In this document: piece after piece, positions 48,629-56,417 of the stretch
Layout of the letters: the number at the start of each line of letters is the position of its first letter
How positions within the stretch are numbered: position 1 is the first letter of the stretch
Origin: Candidatus Dormiibacterota bacterium
Lineage (GTDB): Bacteria; Chloroflexota; Dormibacteria; Aeolococcales; Aeolococcaceae
Direction of reading: 5' to 3'
Length of the DNA stretch: 64,000 nt
NCBI GenBank assembly: GCA_963718525.1
Contig: OY970355.1
Location: 544,001-608,000 of the forward strand
The notes under the pieces: generated by a model
Told to the model about the DNA's origin: nothing
The model's input: only the letters and a program-made list of their open reading frames with translations
Databases searched by the model: none
Program-made: the position numbers and the translations under genes

Positions 48629-48645
48629 GCAGTTCAACACCAAAG

Positions 48646-48692
48646 GTGATCTGTCGACCCTCGTCGGGCGTACGGCGAGGGTCGACGATCAC
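48646..48692. terminator. Long GC-rich hairpin between convergent genes
   Basis: GTGATC-T-GTCGACCCTCGTCG [GGCGTA] CGGCGAGGGTCGAC-GATCAC. Confidence 0.6.
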
Positions 48693-48723
48693 GGTCGTCA
48701 TCGGCGGCCGGTCGGTCTCCCGG

Positions 48724-49710
48724 TCAGTGCAATGGGATCGTGTTGAACACACCCCACGGGGTGACCGCGCCCGCCCCGTTGATGCTCTGCGTTCCGGTGA
48801 CGCCCGGTATGTAGGCGTCCTTGATGAACAGGTACAAGGGCTTGCCATGGTAGGTCACCTGGCGGGTACCGTCCGGCCTCACGACAACTCCGAGCGCGCG
48901 CTGATCGACGCCCTTGCCGGCCTCAGGTCGCCCGGAAGTGAGGACCGGTGACCAGATCAGGGCGCAAAACCTTTGGCAGGCCTGGCCTTCTTCGTTACTC
49001 AACGTGTAGGCAGGGAAGCTCCCCTGCGGCAGGAGGGAGAAGTCGTTGTCCATCGTTGCGGCCAGCACCTCGTTCGCGCCCACCGTCTCGACCTGCATCT
49101 GAAGGCGACCAGGCGCGGGATTGCCGCGATCCGGATCCACCAGGTACCAGGTGCCAGGCGGACTGGTCACTGGGTCGAACAGATCGGCCCCGTCCGTTTG
49201 CCCCGGCGCCTCGTCCAGGAAGAACCGGTACAGCGGCAGACCGGCGTAGGTCACCTGCTGCACGCTCTCGCCGGAGAGCACGTCAGTGCGGGTCACCGTC
49301 CCGAGGAGAGAGCGCTTGATCCCGGGCCCGGCGATCGGATGACCCTTGGTCAGGAGTGCGGGCCAGAGGATACTGTCGCACGGCTGCCCGATGGCGTTCG
49401 GTCCGTTGCTGCACCCGAAAGCAGCCAAACCAAACGTCAGCGAATGGAGTTTGTCGGACGTCAGGACGTACAGAGAGCAACCGGCGTTGGCGCCCGAACC
49501 GACGATGAGCACCGTACCGAAGGATGTCGATGCCGTCGACAGGGTCGCGGGGCCGGTCGGGGCGCTGGTAACTGGAGTGGTGCAGGAACGAGCAGCGCCC
49601 TGGGCGTTCACGGGTGAGCTGACGAGAGGGGCAGCCGCAAGCAGGGCCAGGGTGAGCACAGCAGCCGTGGTTGGGCCTGCAACAACCCGTCGGACATGGC
49701 GGGACAACAT
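48724..49710 (-). CDS. Secreted COG4315-like protein (Yx(F/W/Y)xxD repeats)
   Basis: SLYVLTSD, W P.L, QVTYAGLPLYRFFLD, QVTYHGKPLYLFIKD; signal peptide; GGAGG RBS. Confidence 0.8.
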   Translation of the reverse strand: MLSRHVRRVVAGPTTAAVLTLALLAAAPLVSSPVNAQGAARSCTTPVTSAPTGPATLSTASTSFGTVLIVGSGANAGCSLYVLTSDKLHSLTFGLAAFGCSNGPNAIGQPCDSILWPALLTKGHPIAGPGIKRSLLGTVTRTDVLSGESVQQVTYAGLPLYRFFLDEAPGQTDGADLFDPVTSPPGTWYLVDPDRGNPAPGRLQMQVETVGANEVLAATMDNDFSLLPQGSFPAYTLSNEEGQACQRFCALIWSPVLTSGRPEAGKGVDQRALGVVVRPDGTRQVTYHGKPLYLFIKDAYIPGVTGTQSINGAGAVTPWGVFNTIPLH

Positions 49711-49736
49711 CTCAATAACCTCCAAAACTCTTAAGG

Positions 49737-50009
49737 TCAGCGGTAGAAGTACGGATCGAGCACGCTCACCTGCGTGATCTGGTCGAGCGGCAGGGAGTTG
49801 CGGTCGGCGGTCTTGCGAATCGCTTCTGGACTCGGCGCGTCGTAGACGCAGAAGGTCTTCCTCTTGTCGTCGCTGACATAGGAGTGGACCCAGGTGACGC
49901 CGTCATCGGCGTTGCGGTCCACCACTGCTAGGCAGCTCGCAGCTCCCTGCGCATCCACGGGAATGTGGAGTCCTTCCGGAAAGGTCCGCTCCACAACGTA
50001 TCTCGGCAT
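49737..50009 (-). CDS. DUF4242 (SCO4226-like) protein
   Basis: MPRYVVERTFP...WVHSYVSDDKRKTFCVYDAPSPEAIR; AGGAGG RBS. Confidence 0.85.
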   Translation of the reverse strand: MPRYVVERTFPEGLHIPVDAQGAASCLAVVDRNADDGVTWVHSYVSDDKRKTFCVYDAPSPEAIRKTADRNSLPLDQITQVSVLDPYFYR

Positions 50010-50086
50010 ATGCGTTCCTCCTTGTGCTGTTCTCGCTGGCGCGAGTACCTGCAGCGAGGCTAGGAGCGTCTCAGCCGAGCGCGAAT

Positions 50087-50102
50087 CGGGGGGACTACCC
50101 AG
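50087..50102. promoter_or_regulatory. Putative LuxR/LAL operator CGGGGGGACTACCCAG (flanks extend to AATC...GATT)
   Basis: Imperfect palindrome AATCGGGGGGACTACCCAGATT (50084-50105) between DUF4242 and the divergent LAL regulator. Confidence 0.5.
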
Positions 50103-50194
50103 ATTGGCGCTTGCGGTTACCCATCTTCGCCCGCAAGCGGAGACGCCGGCTTGACGCGGTTCTACAATTGGCCCACTTCACGGGAGGTAATGCT

Positions 50195-52838
50195 CTGAAG
50201 ACGCCGCAAGCCGTTGCAGGATTGGGGGATCTGCTCGAGCGGGCGGAACCGCTCGCTGCGCTCGAGCAGCACTTCGCCGCGGTCGCGAAGTCCTCGGCCG
50301 GACGCTTCGTTTTCATCGGCGGTGAGGCCGGCGTCGGCAAGACGTCGCTGGTGCGACGCTTCTGCGCCAATCAGTCCGTGCGAGTCCTCTCTGGAGCATG
50401 CGACGCCCTCGCCACGCCGCACCCACTCGGCCCGCTGCTTGACATCTCCCACACCACGGCCGGAGACCTCGAGGCGATGATCGCCGGGGGTGGCCGGCCC
50501 CATGAGGTCGCTGCGGCGTTCCTCGACCAGCTGCGGGCAGGCCCTCCGTGCATCGTGATTCTGGAGGATCTCCACTGGGCTGACGACGCCACCCTGGACG
50601 TCGTCAGGCTGCTCGCCCGCAAGGTGGAATCGGCGCCGGTACTGGCGGTCGGTACCTACCGGGACGACCAGCTGGACCGTACCCACCCGCTGCGGATGCT
50701 CATCGGCGACATCGCGACCAGCCCGGCGATCGCGCGCCTCTCCCTCAGCCCGCTGTCGGCAGCCGCGGTCGCGAATCTCGCAACGCCATACGACCTCGAC
50801 GCCGCCGAGCTCTACCGCAACACGGGCGGCAATCCCTTCTTCGTCACCGAAGTCCTCGCGGCAGGCGGGGACACGCTTCCGGCAACAGTCCAGGACGCTG
50901 TCCTCGCCAGGGTTGCGCGCCTTGGGCCGGTCGCGCAGCGGCTGGTCGAGACGGTCGCCATCATTCCGACCGGCGTCGACGTCAGCGTCCTCGAGGCCAT
51001 GGATGCCGAGGCCGTGACTGGAGTTGAGGAGTGCCTTGCCTCGGGTGTGCTGGCCGCGACTCCCGGCGGTGTCGCCTTCCGCCACGAGCTTGCGCGCCTG
51101 GCTGTTGAGATCTCGCTGTCACCCTCGCGCCGCGTCAGCCTCCACCGCGCCGCGCTGAGGGCGCTGTCCGATCCGAGACGTGTGCCCACTGATCCGACAT
51201 CGCTCTCACATCACGCGGAGGCCGCGGCTGACATCGACGCGGTGCTTCGCTTCGCCCCTCAGGCGGCGGCTGTCGCCGCGCAGGCTCGAGCACATCGGGA
51301 GGCCGCTGCACAGTATGCCCGCGCGCTACGTTTTGGTTGGGCGCTCACCGATGAGCAGCGCGCCGAACTTCTCTCCCTGCGGTCGTGGGAGTGCTTTCTC
51401 ATCGGCCACTATGCGGACGCAATCGAGTCCCGCCGCGAGGCGCTCGCGACGTACCGTTTCCTCGGCGACCGGCTGCGTGAAGGTGACGCGCTTCGCGCGA
51501 TGTCATCGAATCTCCGCTGCAACGGGCAGGTCGCCGAAGCGACCGAGGCGGGTCTGGCAGCAGTTGCTCTGCTGGAGACATTGGCTCCGGGACCTGAGCT
51601 TGCGATGGCGTATGCGAATCGCGCCATGCTTGCGCTGAACGTCGAGCACACGACGGCGACGCTCGACTGGGGCGGGAAGGCGCAGGAGCTCGCCGAGCGC
51701 ATCGACGACCAGGAGACGCTCGTGCACGCCATGAATTCCATTGGCACAGCGGGCTATCTCGTCGGTGATGACGGCGGCCGGCAGGCGCTCGTACGCAGCT
51801 TGCACCTCTGTAAGGAGTGGGGATTCGTCGAGCAGGCTGGTCGCGCATATATCCACCTGGCCTGGGCAGGCGTCCGCGTACATGACTACGCGCGTGCCGA
51901 GGCGTATCAACGAGAAGGAGTTCGAATACTGCCTCGAGCGCGGGCTCGATGCCTGGCGATTCGAGATCCTCGCACACCAAGCCCGCCGCCTCCTCGACCA
52001 AGGCCATTGGGACAAGGCCGCCGAAGCGACATCGACGATTCTGCGATCCGGCACCGGCAACGCGGTCGCACAAACGCTGGCCCTGTGTATCGTCGCGCTG
52101 CTGCGCGCGCGTCGCGGCGACCCCGACCACCAAGGCCCGCTGGCGGAAGCGACAGCGATCGCGGCGCCAACTGGAGAGCTCCAGCACCTCCTGCCTGTCG
52201 CCACTGCAGCCGCCGAGATCGCCTGGCTCGGGGGCGGCGCAAACGCCGCTGACGTGACCCGCGCGGCAACCGATCACGCCATGGAGCTGGCTCTGCGCTA
52301 CCCCGCCATACCGGCGCGTAGCGAGCTCGCGGCGTGGCGCCGACGTTGTGGAGTCCACGATGTGAAGCCCACCGATTCCGTGGGTCCGTATGCCCTCGAG
52401 CTCAGCGGTGACACGGCCGGTGCAGCGGCAGCGTGGACGGAGCTCGGCTGCGAATATGAGGCTGCGATCACGCTCTGCACGGGAGAAGGACCAGACGAGA
52501 ATCACCGGCGCGCACTCGCCATCTTCCAGGTACTTGACGCGAGACCGGCCGCCGCGATCGCAGCGCGACTCCTCCGTGAGGGTGGCGCGCGTGGCGTGCC
52601 TCGTGGGCCTCGTCCGTCGACGAAGCAGAACGCCAGTGGGCTGACGACGCGCGAGGTGGAGGTGCTCGGAATGCTGAGCGAGGAAATGAGCAACCGTGAG
52701 ATCGCCGGGCGCCTGCACCTTTCGGAAAAGACCGTCGACCATCACGTGGCGGCGATCCTGGCCAAACTCGGCGTGAGCAACCGCCGACAAGCGGTCAGGG
52801 CGGCGGCAGCCACGAGCGCGAGCCGATCACCCTTCTGA
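50195..52838 (+). CDS. LAL-family regulator (AAA ATPase, TPR-like region, LuxR HTH), split by a frameshift near 51920; start approximate
   Basis: LLER, GEAGVGKT, LEDLHWADD, GGNPFFV, FRHELAR in the first frame. After AYQREG the sequence continues as FEYCLERGLDAW...LTTREVEVL...LHLSEKTVDHHVAAILAKLG in frame 51741-52838. Confidence 0.85.
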
Positions 52839-52900
52839 TCGCCAACAAGGACATCCGGATCCCGCTCGCGTCAGCCGTCCAGGACGCCCCGCTCATTTGA

Positions 52901-52961
52901 CAACCAATTGGTTGACATCCCGAAGGGTTCAGCGTATGGTCGATGTCAACCGATTGGTTGA
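52901..52961 (+). promoter_or_regulatory. Sigma70-type promoter (TTGACA-17-TATGGT) flanked by two CAACC-N4-GGTTG operators
   Basis: -35 at 52912-52917, -10 at 52935-52940; palindromes CAACCAATTGGTTG (52901-52914) and TCAACCGATTGGTTGA (52946-52961). Confidence 0.8.
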
Positions 52962-52970
52962 GGAGGTGAC

Positions 52971-53384
52971 GTGCCGCACGACGAACTGTCCCGGGTGTTC
53001 GCGGCCCTGGCCGACCCCACCCGCCGAGGCGTCGTGGCTCGCTTGGCCACCGGCGATACGACGGTGGGTGAACTCGCCTCGCCGTATGGGATGACGGTGC
53101 AGGCGGTCTCCAAGCACCTGAAGGTGCTGGAGGACGCGGGACTGGTCAGCCGTACCGGCGATACGTACCGCCGGCCCTGCCACCTGGAGGCGGAGGTGTT
53201 CGACCTCATGACCAGCTGGATCGAACGGTATCGGCGCGAGGCCGAAGCCCGGTTCGCTCGCCTCGACGGCGTACTCGCCGATCTCGACGCCCTCGAACAA
53301 CCCGGCCCCAAATCGGGCCATCCCACCCGTTCGCACACGACAGCAACGAAGACCGCCAACTCACAGGAGGAAGAACCATCATGA
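52971..53384 (+). CDS. ArsR/SmtB-family repressor
   Basis: VFAALADPTRR, AVSKHLKVLEDAGLV; AGGAGG RBS. Confidence 0.9.
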   Translation: MPHDELSRVFAALADPTRRGVVARLATGDTTVGELASPYGMTVQAVSKHLKVLEDAGLVSRTGDTYRRPCHLEAEVFDLMTSWIERYRREAEARFARLDGVLADLDALEQPGPKSGHPTRSHTTATKTANSQEEEPS

Positions 53385-53899
53385 GCACTGCAAGCGAAAC
53401 CTCGGTTCCCGAGACCACGATCATGGCGCCCGCCGATCTGCCGACCATCACGATCCAGCGGACGTTCGCCTCGACACCGAGCCAGGTGTTCCGGGCGTTT
53501 GTTGAGCCGGAACTGTTCAGCCGGTGGATCGGGCCGCACAGCATCGAAGCTCGAATCGACCATTGGGACGCCCGGACCGGCGGGAGTTGGAGGTACGCCG
53601 CCTGGCGGGACGGGGAGCGCGTCGCCGGTTTCTACGGGTCGTTCCATGAGATTCGCCCCGACGAGCGGTTGGTGCAGACGTTCACCTACGACGGCGCTCC
53701 CGACGGGGTCAGCCTCGACACGACGACCTTCACCGCTCTGCCCGACGGCGGCACCCGCCTTACCACGGTTTCAGTGGTGGAGTCTCTCGAGATTCGCAAT
53801 CTGATCCTCGCCAGCGGAATGGACAGTGGCGTCCGGGAGGGGTACGCAAAGCTCGACGTGCTGCTCCAGGATCGAGCTATTATTCAACCTTGTGGTTGA
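53381..53899 (+). CDS. SRPBCC/AHSA1-domain protein
   Basis: IQRTFAST..QVFRAF..PE...W.GP, DARTGGSW, SGMDSG. Confidence 0.88.
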   Translation: MSTASETSVPETTIMAPADLPTITIQRTFASTPSQVFRAFVEPELFSRWIGPHSIEARIDHWDARTGGSWRYAAWRDGERVAGFYGSFHEIRPDERLVQTFTYDGAPDGVSLDTTTFTALPDGGTRLTTVSVVESLEIRNLILASGMDSGVREGYAKLDVLLQDRAIIQPCG

Positions 53900-53902
53900 A
53901 TA
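53881..53902. promoter_or_regulatory. Third ArsR-type operator TATTCAACC-TTGT-GGTTGAATA overlapping the start of the second arsR
   Basis: Perfect 9-bp inverted repeat with the same CAACC-N4-GGTTG core. Confidence 0.75.
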
Positions 53903-54224
53903 TGAAACGGCGCTCGATGCGACATTCGCAGCGCTGAGCCACCCCGTTAGGCGCGAGATGCTCGACGATCTGCGGGAAGGTCCGATGCGCGTGACCGATC
54001 TCGCTGAGCCATTCACCGTCTCGCTCGCAGCATCGTCCAAGCACATCAAGGTCCTGGAGCATGCCGGGCTGGTGAGCCGGACGGTTTCCGGACGCGACCA
54101 TGTGCTCACTCTTCAAGGCACGCCTCTGGGAGATGCCGGGCGATGGATCGGCGTCTACCGCCAATTCTGGGATGGGCGACTCGATGCATTGGACGCGCAA
54201 CTCCGCGCCAGGGCACGGCGATGA
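53892..54224 (+). CDS. ArsR/SmtB-family repressor (second copy)
   Basis: MVEY...LDATFAALSHPVRR, SKHIKVLEHAGLV, FWDGRLDAL; start inferred at GTG 53892. Confidence 0.85.
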   Translation: MVEYETALDATFAALSHPVRREMLDDLREGPMRVTDLAEPFTVSLAASSKHIKVLEHAGLVSRTVSGRDHVLTLQGTPLGDAGRWIGVYRQFWDGRLDALDAQLRARARR

Positions 54225-54697
54225 CCGATCCGCCGCAGGAACCGGCTACGGCCATCTACATCGAGCGACTCCTACCGGCGTCGATCGACGAGGTGTTTGC
54301 CGCCTGGACCGATCCTGCGCTTATGGCGAATTGGCTATCGCCAATCGGCCATGCCGAGATCGAGGCCGACCTGAGGGTAGGCGGTCAGTTCTGCGTGACC
54401 ATGGTCGGCGACGACCTTCGCCTTGAACACACCGGTGTATACCTCGTGATTGACCCTCCGCGCCGGCTCTCGTTCACGTGGCTCTCGCCCTACACCGGGG
54501 GGCATGCCAGCCGGGTCGATGTCACGCTCACCGCTCACGGCGCGACAACGCTGCTTGTCCTGACCCACCAGCGACTGCCTGACGAGACCACTGCATCCCA
54601 CGAGGGCGGCTGGGTGGCCATGCTCGACCGCCTGGACGCGTTGCTGGGCGCCAGCGTCGGGGCGACGCCGGCGCCCATGAGTGACGATGCTCCATGA
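54221..54697 (+). CDS. SRPBCC/AHSA1-domain protein
   Basis: VFAAWTDP, DLRVGG, PPRRLSFTW, HEGGW; ATGA overlap with the upstream gene. Confidence 0.88.
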   Translation: MTDPPQEPATAIYIERLLPASIDEVFAAWTDPALMANWLSPIGHAEIEADLRVGGQFCVTMVGDDLRLEHTGVYLVIDPPRRLSFTWLSPYTGGHASRVDVTLTAHGATTLLVLTHQRLPDETTASHEGGWVAMLDRLDALLGASVGATPAPMSDDAP

Positions 54698-55128
54698 GCG
54701 TCGACGTCATCACGCAGATCGACATCGACGTTCCACGCGAGCGCGTCGCCGCTTACGCGATGGATCCCGACAACGCAACGACCTGGTACGAAAACATCAA
54801 ATCCGTGACCTGGGAAACCCCCAAGCCGCAGATGGTCGGCTCTCGTTTTGCGTTCGTGGCTCGGTTTCTTGGGCGGCGGATTGCCTACACGTACGAGGTC
54901 AAGGAATTGGTGCCGGGTACACGATATGTGATGGCCACGGCGCAGGGTCCGTTTCCGATGGAGACGAGCTACGCATGGGAAGATACGGCCGCCAGCGCGA
55001 CGCGCATGACATTGAGAAATCGTGGCGAGCCATCTGGCTTCTCGAGGTGGGCGGGTCCGGTGATGGTTCGAGCAATGCGCCGGGCCAACACCAAGGACCT
55101 CCGACGCCTGAAGGCGATTCTCGAGTGA
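54694..55128 (+). CDS. SRPBCC (polyketide cyclase-like) family protein
   Basis: DPDNATTWYENI, GPFPMET.Y, KDLRRLKAILE. Confidence 0.85.
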   Translation: MSVDVITQIDIDVPRERVAAYAMDPDNATTWYENIKSVTWETPKPQMVGSRFAFVARFLGRRIAYTYEVKELVPGTRYVMATAQGPFPMETSYAWEDTAASATRMTLRNRGEPSGFSRWAGPVMVRAMRRANTKDLRRLKAILE

Positions 55129-55162
55129 GCGACCCCTCGAGCGTTCGAGGGTTGATCACAGA

Positions 55163-55200
55163 CGGAAGCGGGTAGCGCGCGTTGCGCCACCCGCTATCCG
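55163..55200. terminator. GC-rich hairpin between convergent genes
   Basis: AGCGGGTAGCGC-GCGTT-GCGCCACCCGCT with CGGA/TCCG flanks; no U tract. Confidence 0.45.
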
Positions 55201-55233
55201 CTGACCCGCGTCGACGCGAAACTGACGGCGGCG

Positions 55234-56181
55234 TCAGCTCTCGTCTGGGAAGAAGACGAAGCCGTGTGCGGCGCTGCTCGCGTCGGTGTAGTACCCAACG
55301 AGCTCACCGGTGTCGCCCACGGACTGGACCGAGCTGCCGGTGACGCCCCTGGGGTCATCGATCGTGGTGAACCGTCCTCGGTTCAGGGTGAACCCGTGGA
55401 GCACTCCGGCGGCGTCGAAGTACTGCCCTGCAACCTCTCCGGTGTCGTTGATCCCGAAGGTCTCGGTTCCCAGGCCGCTGCCGTTGGCCGCGCTGGGATC
55501 GTCGATGAGCGCACTCATGCGACCGTTCCGATCGAGGACTCCATGATGGTCGCCGTGGGCGTCGATGAGCGCTGCCACTGCGACACCGTGGTTGTTGATG
55601 GAGCAGAGCGCGATTCCCTGCCCTGCGGCGGTCCCCGCGTGTGGATCGTCGACTGTCCTATATCTCCCTTCGATCAGCGTGAAGCCGTGAACGACGCCGG
55701 CGGCGTCGATGTAACCGCCGGTGATATCGCCGTCATCGTTGATGCCTTGCGGGATCGTTCCCTGCCCCGCCGACGCGCCCGCTTTCGGGTCGTTCAGCGT
55801 GGTGAAGTTGCGACCCCGGAAGAGAAACCCGTGCAGCACGCCGACGCTGTCGACGTAGTACCCGACCATGGCGCCGCGCGAGTTGATGCTCAGGGGATCG
55901 GTCCCCTGAAAAGCCCCGGCTCCGGCATGGGGATCGTTGACAGGAGTGAGCCGGCCGTCGTCGTAGAGGAAGCCGAAGCCCTGGTTGGTGCTGTCGTAGT
56001 AGTTGCCGACCACCGCACCATGTTTGTTGATGCCCGATGGAAATGTTCCCTGGCCAGCGGCCGTGCCGGCGGTGGGGACATCGATGGTGACGAACCGGCC
56101 GTCGCCGGACGCGCGGGCCTGGACCGCCGAGAACATCAGCGGTGCCATGGCAAAAAGGATGACGATCATGCGTCGCTTCAC
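55234..56181 (-). CDS. Secreted HAF-like repeat (beta-propeller) protein
   Basis: Signal peptide; six repeats of about 48 aa: DP.AG...GQGT...(G/S)IN..G...G.Y.D..G..HGF. Confidence 0.8.
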   Translation of the reverse strand: MKRRMIVILFAMAPLMFSAVQARASGDGRFVTIDVPTAGTAAGQGTFPSGINKHGAVVGNYYDSTNQGFGFLYDDGRLTPVNDPHAGAGAFQGTDPLSINSRGAMVGYYVDSVGVLHGFLFRGRNFTTLNDPKAGASAGQGTIPQGINDDGDITGGYIDAAGVVHGFTLIEGRYRTVDDPHAGTAAGQGIALCSINNHGVAVAALIDAHGDHHGVLDRNGRMSALIDDPSAANGSGLGTETFGINDTGEVAGQYFDAAGVLHGFTLNRGRFTTIDDPRGVTGSSVQSVGDTGELVGYYTDASSAAHGFVFFPDES

Positions 56182-56417
56182 CTGTGTTCACCTCCGGTGT
56201 GATCAAAACTGATTGTGCTTCCGTGCTCGCTCACGCTCGGCACGGGTGGTTGCTCCTTGGCCTTCAGGGCCGTTCAATTCCACGTCTTCATTTCAGTCTC
56301 CTTCGAGAGCCCGCCCCACCTGGGCGTTTCGTCCCTCATCAGAGACTGCGCGAGGAAACTCGCCCGATCGCTAGGCGCTGCCTCGCGATCCGAAGTTGCT
56401 TCGCCGTCGGAATCGGT

